Positions 12,032 through 23,899 of a stretch of DNA of 64,000 nt are shown here, in pieces. Both the position numbers and the translations under genes were made by a program. Source of the stretch: Mobula hypostoma (taxonomy: Eukaryota); NCBI RefSeq assembly GCF_963921235.1, contig NC_086097.1:193256001-193320000 (forward strand), written 5' to 3'. Each line of letters starts with the position of its first letter. Within the stretch, counting starts at the first letter, position 1. Under the pieces are notes generated by a model, which saw only the letters and a program-made list of their open reading frames with translations, was not told the DNA's origin and did not search any database.

Positions 12032-14558
12032 CACAAACAAGAGAAAAGCTGCAGATGCTGGAGATCCAAAGCAACACTCACAAAATGCTGCAGAGGCAGC
12101 ATCTATGGAAAAGAGTAAATGTTCAACGTTTCGGGCCAAGACCCTTCTTCAGGACTGGAAAGGAAGGGGAGGAAGAACTACAGGGTGGCAGGTGATAGGT
12201 GAAAGCGGGTGGGGAAGATGAAGTAAAGGGATGGGAAGTTGATTGGTTAAAGAGATAAAGGGCTGGAGGAGGGGAAATCTAATAGAAGACCATGAAGATA
12301 GGAAATGGGGAGGAGCACCAGAGAGAAGTGATGGGTAGGTAAGGAGATAAGGTGAGGGAAGGAAATAGAAATGGGGAATGTTGAAGGGGGGGGCAATTAT
12401 CGGAAGTTTGAGAAATCAATGTTCATGCCCTCAGGTTGGAGACTACCCAGAATGAATATAACCTGAGTGTGGCCTCATTCTGGCAGGAGAGGAGGCCAGG
12501 GACTGATATTTTGAAATGGGAATGGGAGGTGGAATTGAAATGGGTGTCTATGGGGAGATCCAACTTTTTCTGGCAGACAGAGCATAGGTGCTCGGCAATG
12601 CGATCTCCCAACCTATGTCACGTCTCACCGACATACAGGAGGTCATACCAGGAGTACCAGATAGAGTAGATGACCCCAAAAGACTCACAGGTGAAGTGTC
12701 GCCTCATATGGAAGAACTGTTTAGGGCCCTGAATGGTAGTGAAGGAGGAGGTGCAGGGGCAGGTGTGGTACATGTTCTGCTTGCAAGAATAAGTACCAGG
12801 ATGGAGATCAGTGGGGAGGGACAAATGAACAAGGGAGTCACCTAGTAAGTAATCCCTGCCAAAAGCAGAAAGTGGAAGGAGGGAATGATATGCATGGTGG
12901 CGGGATCCTGTTGGAGCTGGTGAAGATAGCGACTGTGTGCAAAGCTCCTTCGGTCAACATATTCTGGATAGATCATGAAACCATATATACCACTTCCTTT
13001 TACGTATTTTACATTTGCTTTTTGTTAACGTGGTTCTGGAATTGTTGGAGCCTGTGATTTGTGGTTTGGAGGTGGTTTGGGTGTTTCAGTGCTCTGCAGT
13101 CTCTGAGAGGATTCAGGAAGGTAGAGGCAGCACGCAGCAACCTCATGGCGAGAAGACTGCTGGAAGGGAGCAAGCCGATGTTTGACTCCATTTCACCGAT
13201 TAAAGCTTCCATTGTTTGCTGATTAAAGCAATGAGGGAGATTGAAACATTGATGGGAATGCGGAAGATTAGCGCCAGCTGCCTGCCTTTTTATTACTGGG
13301 GAAGCGCTCTGTTTCCTGAGAGGGGAGGCTGCCATTTGATTGCTGGAGGATCGCTCTGCTACCAGAGAGGGTTGATTGCTTTTGATCATTGATGGGATCA
13401 CTCGCTGCCAGAGAGGATAAGGCCTACCGCTGTGCCCAGAAAATATTACCCAGGTGTTCTGTGATTTGGATATAGACTTGGACCATAAATTTTTTTCCAG
13501 TTTCATATTTTTTATATTCTGTGTTTCTCGTCCGACCATTCACATTTTTGTGTAGGGGGAGGGGGATTTGGGGGTCGATGTGCCTGTCCGTTTTTGTTCA
13601 GTTTTTTGTGCAGGAAGGAGGGATTTGGGGGTTGATAATCATGCTGACATTATTTTCTTCCTTGGTTTCATGGCTATCTGGAGAAGAAGGATTTCAGAGT
13701 TCTATACTTTGATAATAAATGAACCTTTGAGATGGCGGAAGTTATGGAGAATTATGTACTGGACGCGGAGGCTAGTGAGGTGGTAGATGAGGACAAGAGG
13801 AATGCTATCCCTGGTGTGAGGGCAGATGGGTGCGGAATGGAGGAGATACTGATGAAAGTAGCATTGATGGTTGAGGAAGCAAAGCCCCTTTCTTTGAAGA
13901 AGGAGAACATCATTGCCGTCAGAATGAAGCTCTTCATTCCTGAAGTCCATTCCCAACACCTCCCTCCCCTTTCTTGATCTCTCTGTCTCTATCTCTGGAG
14001 ACAGTCTATCTAACAGACTTTTATAAACCCACTTATTCTCACAGCTACCTGGTCTATACCTCTTCCCAACCTGTCACCTGTAAAAATGCCATCTCCTTTT
14101 CTCAGTTCCTCTATCTCCACCACATTTGTTCTCAGGATGAGGCTTTTCATTCCAGAACTAATGAGATACCCATTTGCTCCACTTCTGGTAATTACCCTCC
14201 TCCCTTCACCATTCCCCAATCTTGTTTCCCTCTCTCACCTTATCTCCTTACCTGCCCATCACTTCCCGCTAGCCACTTCCATTTCTTCCACGGTCTTCTA
14301 TTCTCTCCTGTCAGATACCCCCTCCTCCAGCCCTTTATCTCTCTCACAAACCAGCTCTTTACTTCACTCACTTCCCCTCTCGCAGTTTCACCTATCACCG
14401 GCCATCTTGTACTTCTTCCTCCCCTCCCCAGACCTACTTTATTCTGGTTTCTCCCCTTCCTTTCCAGTCCTGATGAAGGGTCTGAGCAAAAAAAAATGGA
14501 TTGTTTACTCTTTTCCATTGATGTTGTCTAGCCTACTGAGTTCCTCCAGCATTTTGAA
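12032..14558. mobile_element. Penelope-like element (GIY-YIG) with inverted structure: - strand body about 12032-13930, + strand segment about 13941-14558
   Basis: - strand reads PGTYSCK...RRHFTCESFGVIY...LLYVGET and THFNSTSHSH. Terminal-repeat copies sit at both ends in opposite orientation. Imperfect 11-bp target duplication at 12021-12031 and 14559-14569. Confidence 0.85.
12922..13730 (+). mobile_element. Non-coding non-autonomous retroelement (SINE-like) inserted in the Penelope-like element
   Basis: Interrupts gggatcc(t)gttggagatggcggaag; ends ctttgataataaatgaacctttga; no credible ORF. Confidence 0.6.
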
Positions 14559-15820
14559 GGAGTTGGGATGTTATGTTGAAGTTGTATAACACATTGGTGA
14601 GGCCTAATTTGGAGCATTGTGTGCAGTTTTGACAATCTACCTACAGGAAAGATGTAAATAAGATTGAAAGTGTACAGAGAAAATTTCCAAGGATATTTAA
14701 GGGACTGGAGGATCTGAGTTATAAGAAAAGATTGAATAGGTTTGGACTTTATTCCCTAGAACCTAAACGATCAAAGGGAGATTTGATAGAGGTATACATA
14801 ATTATGAGGGGTACAGATAGGATAAACGCCAGCAGGCTTTTTTCCACCGAGGTTGGGTGAGACTACAACTAGAGGTGTAGGTTAAGGGTGAAAGGTGAAA
14901 TGTTTAAGGGGAACATGAGGAAAAACTTCTTCACTCAGAGAGCGATGAGAGTGTGGAATGAGCTGACAGCACAAGCGGTGGATATGATTTTGATTTTAAT
15001 ATTTAAGAGAAGTTTGGATAGGTACATGGATGGGAGGGATGTGGAGGTCTATGGTCTGGTTGTAGGTTGAATGGACAAGGCAGTTTAAATGGTTTGGCAT
15101 GGACTGAATGGTCTGCCTGTTTCTGTGCTGTGGTTCTCCAAGACTTTCTAACGGCTTTTGAGTTGAAACATAGACTTGTTTCTTTTTCCATGGTTACTGC
15201 CTGACTTGAGTGTCTCCTGCATTTTCTGCTTTTGATGAGGCAGTGGTGAGAGAAACAGGATAGGGACCAAGAGCCAACTAATACAAGTCCAGCAAACCCA
15301 TACTGACCTCATTCCTAAAAGAATAGAAAGAGACAAAGTTGTTCTGCTTGAAGATCAGCAGAATCATCAATGCGTGGGACTGAAAGAGTTGGAGGAGATC
15401 TTAAATGGATTTTTTTTGCCTCTGTATTTGCTCAGGATACAGACACAGAAACTAGAGAACTGAGGGAAAAGAGTGGTGAAGTCATAGGCCATACCAGATT
15501 ACATAAAAGTAAGTTCTTGCTCTCTTGAGGCAAATTAAGGTGGGTAAGTCCTCAAGGCTTCATAGGGTATCCCTTCAGAACTTGTGGGACCCTGGCAGTA
15601 GTATTTAATTCCTCTATAGCCACAGGTGATGTGCCAGAGGACCGGTGTTCTGTGGGCTAATGTTGTTTGTTTTATAAAAAGTCTCTAAAAGAAAGCTGGG
15701 ATATTATAGGCCTGATGTCAGTAGTGGGGAAAATATTCTAGGGTACAGGATATATAAGAATTCAGATAGATAGGGACTTATTAAGGTAGTCAACGTGCCT
15801 TTGTGTGTGGTAGGTCGGGT

Positions 15821-17527
15821 ACCATAGAACCATAGAAACTACAGCACAGAAACAGGCCCTTTGGCCCTTCTTGGCTGTGCCGAACCATTTTCTGCCTAGT
15901 CCCACTGACCTGCACACGGACCATATCCCTCCATACACCTCCCATCCATGTATCTGTCCAATTTATTCTTAAATGTTAAAAAAGAACCCGCATTTACCAC
16001 CTCGTCTGGCAGCTCATTCCATACTCCCACCACTCTCTGTGTGAAGAAGCCCCCCCTAATGTTCCCTTTAAACTTTTCCCCCCTCACCCTTAACCCATGT
16101 CCTCTGGTTTTTTTCTCTCCTTGCCTCAGTGGAAAAAGCCTGCTTGCATTCACTCTATCTATACCCATCATAATTTTATATACCTCTATCAAATCTCCCC
16201 TCATTCTTCTACGCTCCAGGGAATAAAGTCCTAACCTATTCAACCTTTCTCTGTAACTGAGTTTCTCAAGTCCCGGCAACATCCTTGTAAACCTTCTCTG
16301 CACTCTTTCAACCTTATTTATATCCTTCCTGTAATTTGGTGACCAAAACTGAACACAATACTCCAGATTCGGCCTCACCAATGCCTTATACAACCTCATC
16401 ACAACATTCCAGCTCTTATACTCAATACTTTGATTAATAAAGGCCAATGTACCAAAAGCTCTCTTTACGACCTTATCTACCTGTGACGACACTTTTAGGG
16501 AATTTTGTATCTGTATTCCCAGATCCTTCTGTTCCACTGCACTCCTCAGTGCCTTACCATTAACCCTGTATGTTCTACGTTGGTTTGTCCTTCCAACGTG
16601 CAATACCTCACACTTGTCAGTATTAATCTCCATCTGCCATTTTTCAGCCCATTTTTCCAGCTGGTCCAAGTCCCTCTGCAGGCTCTGAAAGCCTTCCTCA
16701 CTGTCTACTACACCTCCAATCTTTGTATCATCAGCAAACTTGCTGATCCAATTTACCACATTATCATCCAGATCATTGATATAGATGACAAATAACAATG
16801 GACCCAGCACTGATCCCTGAGGCACATCACTAGCCACAGGCCTCCACTCTGAGAAGCAATTCTCTACCACCACTCTCTGGCTTCTTCCATCGAGCCAATG
16901 TCTAATCCAATTTACCACCTCTCCAGGTATACCTAGCGACTGAATTTTCCTAACTAACTTCCCATGTGGGACCTTGTCAAAGGCCTTACTGAAGTCCATG
17001 TAGACAATATCCACTGCCTTCCCTTCATCCACTTTCCTGGTAACCTCCTCGAAAAACTCCAACAGATTGGTCAAACATGACCTACCATGCACAAAGCCAT
17101 GTTGACTCTCCCTAAAGCCCCTGTCTATCCAAATGCTTGTAGAATCTGTCTCTTAGTACTCCCTCCAATAACTTACCTACTACTGACGTTAAACTCACCG
17201 GCCTATAATTTCCCGGATTACTTTTCGATCCTTTTTTAAACAACGGAACAACATGAGCCACTCTCCAATCCTCCGGCACTTCACCCGTAGACAGCGACAT
17301 TTTAAATATTTCTGCCAGGGCCCCCGCAATTTCAACACTAGTCTCCTTCAAGGTCCGAGAGAACACTCTGTCAGGTCCCGGGGATTTATCCACTTTAATT
17401 TTCCTCAAGACAGCAAGCACCTCCTCCGTGTCAATCTGTACAGTTTCCATGGTCTCACTACTTGATTCCCTCAATTCCATAGATTTCATGCCAGCTTCCT
17501 TAGTAAATACAGATGCAAAAAACCTAT
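15821..17527 (-). mobile_element. Young 5'-truncated CR1 LINE nested in an older + strand CR1 (about 15340-19185)
   Basis: ORFs 17112-17489 (KSPGPD, PGNYRPVSLTS) and 15896-17092 (KAFDKVPH, PQGSVLGP, KFADD) are separated by one frameshift. The 3' tail is seen as accatagaaccatagaaac. Confidence 0.93.
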
Positions 17528-18127
17528 GTAACCAGACTTACAGAGTTTTTTAAAGAAGCTGCCAGGAGAGTTGATGAAGGAAAGGCACTAGATATTGTCC
17601 TCATGGACTTTGGCAAGGTTTTGAGAAAGTCTTGCAGGGGATGTAGGATAAAGTAGGAAACTGGATTCAGCATGGCTTAGCAAGAGAAGCCAAAGATTAG
17701 ATGGCTGCGTCTCTGATTGGAGGCCTGTATCTAGTGCTGTGTCACAGGGATCATTGCTGGGTCCGTTGGTGTTTGTCATCTATGTTAATGATTTGGATGA
17801 CAATGTGGCAAACTAAAAACCAAAAAACAGGGCTGAAAAGTGGCAGATGCAACTTAATGCAGACAACTGCACTACATTTTGGGAAGACAAACCAGGTTAA
17901 GGTACTGAGAAGTGTGGAAGAACAAAAGGATATGGAAATAGAGATCTATAATTCTTTGAAGTGGCATTACAGGTAGATAAAGTTGTAAAGAGTGCTTTTG
18001 GCATATTAAATTTCATAAATCAGAGTATTCAGTACAGGAGTTAGCATGTTATGTTGAAGTTGTATATATAAGGCATAGTTGAGGCCAAATTTTTGAGTAT
18101 TGTGCAGTTCTGGTCACCTACCTACAG

Positions 18128-18710
18128 GTCCTCCATTGGTTAGGGTCAACCATGGATGTTGCATCCCGGCTGTTGCCCATGTAGCAGGCTTCCCCTCTCC
18201 TCGCAACTGAATGGCAGGGACCGATGCAGTTTGGCACCAGTGGCATTGCAGGAGTTGCCAGTCAGCATTAAACTCAACTTAGAACTGCCTAAGGGACTTC
18301 AGAGTTACTCCTGAAGCCTTCCCCATGGGTGAGTGTAGCTACAAGGCTTCCCCATGGGTGAGTGTAGCTACAAAGCTTCCCCACGGGTGAGTGTAGCTGC
18401 AAGGCTTCCCCATGGGTGAGTATAGCTGTAAGGCAGAAGAGATTTCAGCTCAGAGCTTCCCTTCTCAGAGATGAGCTGCCAAGCACAGCTCAGGAGCCCA
18501 ATCTGCCCAAAGTGACTGGCTTTAAACACTAGTAACCCCACCTTTGCCCCTTCTCCTGTTAGTAGAAATGATTCCAAAAGGCTTAGTAGCTAAGCCACAC
18601 ATGAGCTAGACTTGGTTGTCAGAAGCTATTTGAGACACGTGCATTTACAGTAATAGGTAGCAGGAGCTTATCCCCACTATCACCACCGGTTATAACAACC
18701 TTAAGGAATT
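18128..18710. mobile_element. Non-coding insert (probably an RTE-related non-autonomous element) in CR1
   Basis: Interrupts CR1 at acctacagg...ctacaggacagatatc. The family assignment rests on recalled similarity to RTE 5' UTRs only. Confidence 0.45.
18314..18429. repeat. 29-bp minisatellite, 4 copies
   Basis: Unit aaggcttccccatgggtgagtgtagctac starts at 18314, 18343, 18372 and 18401. Confidence 0.95.
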
Positions 18711-19819
18711 TACTAGCTACAGGACAGATATCAATAAGATTCAAAGAGTACCAAGAAAATTTACAAGGAATTAATGACCTGAGTTATAGGGAAAGGTTCA
18801 ATAGGTTAGGACTTGATTCCATGGAGCATGAGCTAACATTTGATAGGGCATACAAAGTTATGAGACATGTAGATAGAGTAAATGCAAGCAGATTATTTCT
18901 ACTGAGGTCACAAGTTAAGGGTAAAATGTAAAATATTTAAGGGGAACCTGAGGGGGAGTTTCTTCACTCAGAGGATGGTATCAGTGTGGAATGAGCTGCC
19001 AGCAGAAATGGTGGATGCAGATTTGGTTGCAACATTTGAGAAGTTTGCATAAGTACATGGATGGAAGGGGTACAGAGGGCTATGGTTCAGGTGCTGGTTA
19101 ATCGAACTAGGCAGAGTAATTGTTGAGCATAGACTAGATGGGCCGAAGGGACAATTTCTATGCTGTAGTCTCTATAACTCTATGACATCCTGGGTTTTCG
19201 GTAGGTTAATTACTTCTCTGTATTTTTTCTGAAACTATAAGCACGACATTCTACATTCTGTTATTGTGTTTCCTTTGTAACACCTCGACGTTATTGCTAT
19301 GGCGAAATCATCTGTGTCGATGGCCTGCAAAACATTTTTTTGTCTCGGTACACCTGACAACAATAAGGCAAATACCAATTACTGTAAGCCACATAATTAC
19401 TTATTGAGAATTGAACTGAGATGTTCTAAGCCATTACAGTTGGTCAATAACCCCTCATAAACCCACCGACTAAAGCAGGAACATTCTTTGGTTTGGTTGC
19501 TGGGATGAGTGGCTACAATGATTTGTCAGCGTTGGTAACGAACTTCTCTTTCATGTTCACTCTCAAGGACTCTTTACGAGGCTGGTTCTCGGTCTTATTG
19601 TTTATTTGCACAGCTTGTCTTCTTTTAAAACATTGAATGTTGTCAGTCTTTGTTTATGTATCTTTTTCCTGAAATTCTATTGTATTTCTTTGCTGGAAGA
19701 AAATGAATCGCGAGGTAGTATATGTAACATAAATTTACTTTTTAGTCAGTGCTGCATTTCTCGCTCAGATTCACCCTGTCTGAATATCTTACTGTGTCCT
19801 GCTGCCTGCCATGAACGTG

Positions 19820-20222
19820 CACATAATAATGCTGGTGAACGCAGCAGGCCAGACAGCATCCATAGGAAGAAGCACAGTCGACGTTTCGGGCCGAGACCCT
19901 TCGTCAGGACTAACTGAAATAAGAGATAGTAAGGGGCCTAACCTTACTATTAACTGCCGACGGGACATCAACCGTCTGGACTTCACCACACCTTGTTCCA
20001 ATTCCAACCTCACTCCTGAACGCTCTGCTCTCTGCTCCCTCCGCACCAATCCTAACTTTACTATCCTCTCACTAACTCTTCTTTCAGTTAGTCCTGACAA
20101 AGAGTCTCGGCCCGAAACTTCGACTCTGCTTCTTCCTATGGATGCTGTCTGGCCTGCTGCATTCCACCACCATTGTGTGTGTGTTGCTTGAATTTCCAGC
20201 ATCTGCAGATTTCCTCGTGTTT
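19820..20222. mobile_element. Compact fold-back Penelope-like derivative: inverted terminal-repeat arms around an internal ORF scrap
   Basis: Arms 19828-19933 and 20068-20174 are reverse complements. The spacer reads NCRRDINRLDFTTPCSNSNLTPERSALCSLRTNPNFTI, resembling the region preceding the PLE RT. Confidence 0.85.
19876..19911 (-). ncRNA. Minimal type I hammerhead ribozyme motif with intact core
   Basis: - strand AGTC-CTGACGA-A-GGG-TCTCGG-CCC-GAAA-C-GTC-GACT gives stem I AGTC/GACT, CUGANGA box, stem II GGG/CCC, GAAA box and a GUC triplet. Stem III is reduced to the palindrome ACGU. Confidence 0.8.
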
Positions 20223-21511
20223 GCGTACACATCCTTGCATCCTTTCAGTAAAAGCGCGTTTCGGTGTTGCTTTCCTTCTCCCGACGACCGTTCTGTAGAA
20301 TATATTTGACAAGTGATTGCATTTAAGACTGAAGAACTTATTCACCATGACTGGCCTTTCGCAGCACGTAGCGGAATCCTAGAACTACCCATTTTGCAAA
20401 GCCCCCTAGAGGAGAGTGGAGGTGAAGTGTACCCGTTTCCAACGCCCCACTACATAATGTACTGGGTGGGCACAATCAAAAGATTGACTGGGGAAGGTGT
20501 AGTTTCGTGATCTTCAACAATAGCGAGAGGCGCGCTTACTGGTGGTAGCACTTAACGGCTCGAGAGTCACATTACTGCAGACTATTCAGTAGCAAACCTG
20601 CAAAACCACAGTTTTCTTTGTTATCATCCCTTTGCCTTTGTGATGCTAAAAACTGAGCCAAGTCTCAATGGTTCTGCAGTTTCACCCACCCTTCACTTTA
20701 CATTCAGTGGAATTCAGAGAATGTGGCTCAGAACACCGCGCTCACTTGTTTTTATATATATATTACAGTTGCACCGACACTTTAAATCCAAACCAAACAA
20801 TCAAACCACATTAGCAACCGCCTTCTGTGAATAATTCCAAGCAGTTCAATGGTATCAAACAGGAGATAAATGTTTGCCGCAGCTCAAAATTAGAATCTGA
20901 AAATGAAAACTGCGCTAAATGAGCATGGGCGGCTTAACGGCGTAAACGGATCCCGTCATACAAGAGATTCTGCAGATGCTGGATGTCTTCAGCAACACAC
21001 AGAAGATGCTGGAGGAACTCAGCGAAGTCAGGTAGCCTCCCGTCAACCACCAGCGACCCCGAAAAAATATGCTCACCCAGACACCCCATACACATACCAA
21101 TGTGCACACTTCCATAGCACCTGCGACACACATTTAAACCGTTCGAGGAATCGCTTCAGTAGAGGGTTGAACCTGGAGGGATGCTGGGCGGGAATTTTGC
21201 TGTTAATTATTAATATTTTTTATTGTTCCTCGCCCTCAGGGTCGGAACATTCCCGCGCTCTTGAAAAACTTGAAAGTGACAGCACCAACATTATTTCTTG
21301 TGAAGAATCGCCAGGCGAGAAATACCGGAGAGAGAAACCAGAGAATCCGCACCACAGATTATTTGTCTCCATGACATTGATCTGATACATTGACTCGTCC
21401 CCACCTGACGAGTTCCTCCAGCAGATCGTCTGTTGCTCTCTTTCCACAGATGCTGCCTGGCCTGCTGAGTGCAAACAGCAGCTCTTTGCTTTCATTTCAC
21501 TTTTCCAGAAC

Positions 21512-21638
21512 AGGTTGTGTGAACTCGGCCTTTTCTCCTTGGAGCGACGGAGGATGAGAGGTGACCTGATAGAGGTGTATAAGATGATGAGAGACATTGA
21601 TCGTGTGGATAGTCAGAGGCTTTTTCCCAAGGCTGAAA

Positions 21639-21669
<31 letters not shown>

Positions 21670-22920
21670 CATATTTTATTGATCCCAGGGGGAAATTGGT
21701 TTTTGTTACAGTTGCACCATAAATAATAAATAGTAATAGAACCATAAATAGTTAAATAGTAATATGTAAATTATGCCAGGAAATTATGAAATAAGTCCAG
21801 GACCAGCCTATCGGCACAGGGTGTCTGACCCACCAAGGGAGGAGTTGTAAAGTTTGATGGCCACAGGCAGGAATGACTTCCTATGACGCTCTGTGTTGCA
21901 TCTCGGTGGAATGAGTCTCTGGCTGAATGTACTCCTGTGCCCACCCAGTACATTATGTAGTGGATGGGAGACATTGACCAAGATGGCATGCAACTTAGAC
22001 AGCATCCTCTTTTCAGACACCACCGTCAGAGAGTCCAGTTCCATCCCCACAACATCACTGGCCTTATGAATAAGTTTGTTGATTCTGTTGGTGTCTCCTA
22101 CCCTCAGCCTGCTGCCCCAGCACACAACAGCAAACATGATAGCACTGGCCACCACAGACTCGTAGAACATCCTCAGCATCGTCTGGCAGATGTTAAAGGA
22201 CCTCAGTCTCCTCAGGAAATAGAGACGGCTCTGACCCTTCTTGTAGACAGCCTCAGTGTTCTTTGACCAGTCCAGTTTATTGTCGATTCATATCCCCAGG
22301 TATTTGTAATCCTCCACCATGTCCACACTGACCCCCTGGATGGAAACAGGGGTCACCAGTACCTTTGCTCTCCTCAGGTCTGCCACCAGCTCCTTAGTCT
22401 TTTTCACATTAAGCTGCAGGTAATTCTGCTCACACCATGTGACAAAGTTTCCTACCGTAGCCCTGTACTCAACGTCATCTCCCTTGCTGATGCATCCAAC
22501 TATGGCAGAGTCATCCGAAAACTTCTGAAGATGACAAGACTCTGTGCAGTAGTCGAAGTCCGAGGTGTAAATGGTGAAGAGAAAGAGAGACAAGACAGTC
22601 CCCTGTGGAGCCCCAGTGCTGCTGACCACTGGGGCTAACACAAGAGGACACAGGTTTAAGGTGCTGGGGAGTAGGTACAGAGGAGATGTCAGGAGTAAGT
22701 TTTTTACTCAGAGAGTGGTGAGTGCGTGGAATGGGCTGCCAGCAACGGTGGTGGAGGCAGATATGACAGGGTCTTTTAAGAGATTTTAGGATAGGTACAT
22801 GGAGCTTAGAAAAATAGAGGGCTATAGATAAGCCTAGTAATTTCTAAGGTAGGGACATGTTCAGCACAACTTTGTGGGCCGAAGGGCCTGTATTGTGCTG
22901 TAGGTTTTCTATGTTTCTAT
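21512..22920 (+). mobile_element. CR1 3' end split by a Rex1/Babar insertion
   Basis: ERRRMRGDLIEVYK before the insert; NTRGHRFKV...FFTQRVV and a gttttctatgtttctat tail after it. Confidence 0.85.
21639..22628 (-). mobile_element. Rex1/Babar-type LINE, 5'-truncated, with (ACT)n tail
   Basis: STGAPQGTVLS...QKFSDDSAIVGCI...LQLNVKKTKEL and RKSFLPVAIKLYN. On the - strand AATAAA is followed by about 10 trinucleotide repeats (tag repeats at 21639-21669). Confidence 0.88.
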
Positions 22921-23899
22921 ACTTCTGTGTAACTTTGACTCAACTCAGTGAAAATCCCGGCAAACAGCCAAGAATATTAATGTGTCTTTTATCATTTTTG
23001 AAAAGAAATAAATCATTCATGAAAATTGGAAACCTGTCGCATAAATTGAGAAGTTTGGATAGGCACGTGGATGGTAGGGGATGGAGGGTTATGGTCCCAT
23101 TGCAGGTCAATGGGTTTAGGCAGTTTATATGCTTCGGCACTGATTAGATGGGTCAAAGGGCTGGTTTTTGCACTGTAATTTTCCATGACTCTATAACTAC
23201 AGCAAATTGTGCATATTGCGTTCTTGGCCAGAACGTGGTCAGAGACTTCTGACAGGAGACTTTTGACAGGAGCCTTCTGTTTTGTTTCAACAATTTCCTG
23301 CCCATCTTTACGTAATTGTGACTGTCAGTTACACGCTCCACAGCAAGACTTTTGGACTTTTTAACGAGGCTCAAGTGGCTCATTATCTACTTCAGAGCAG
23401 CTGCAAGTATACAAGAATTGAGTAATAATATATAGACTTGATTTTACAATGTTTTAATGTGTTCAGTATCTCATTAAAATGTTTGGAAACGGGCTTGTTT
23501 TTATCGATTGGTTCACTCTCAGAACACAAGAGGGTAATCCTTTGAGCCCAAGGAGCTTTGTTGAAAACCCGGTTTAATTTCAGATGTGTACAAAAACGTT
23601 ATAAAAAGAATTCATGCTTCCCTTCTTCTGTTTATCGAGCCTAAGAATATTTTTGGGAAAGTAACAGCTATAGCGTGCTTAGTAAAGCTTAACAGGGACA
23701 TACAGCTCAAAAAATGCACACTGGGTCTTACCAGGGTAGATCCTATTAAACTGTGGAATTAAAATTGTCGTAACATTTTTATTGAACAATGAAGCACTTC
23801 GCCTGCGCTTATTTCTGATCATCATTCAGACAATGCAGGTTTACGCAGAGGATGTATTCAGACTAATTTGCCTGTAATGATGTTTATGTTACAGTCATA

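Larger units (their letters stand above)
11160..15150 (+). mobile_element. Degenerate CR1 split by a Penelope-like insertion (CR1 parts about 11160-12031 and 14559-15150)
   Basis: KAVDVVYM...KAFDKIPHG and WQMEFNADQC motifs; CR1 sequence resumes after the duplicated ggag(g/t)tgggat. Confidence 0.8.

Noticed and set aside
13009..13539. 176-aa ORF on the - strand
   Set aside because: Lies within a non-coding insert; no recognisable motifs.
18314..18429. CRISPR-like array of 29-bp repeats
   Set aside because: Units are contiguous with no spacers; eukaryotic context; no cas genes.
20903..21385. 160-aa ORF as a possible intergenic gene
   Set aside because: Partly made of PLE repeat sequence; no homology or splice evidence recognisable.
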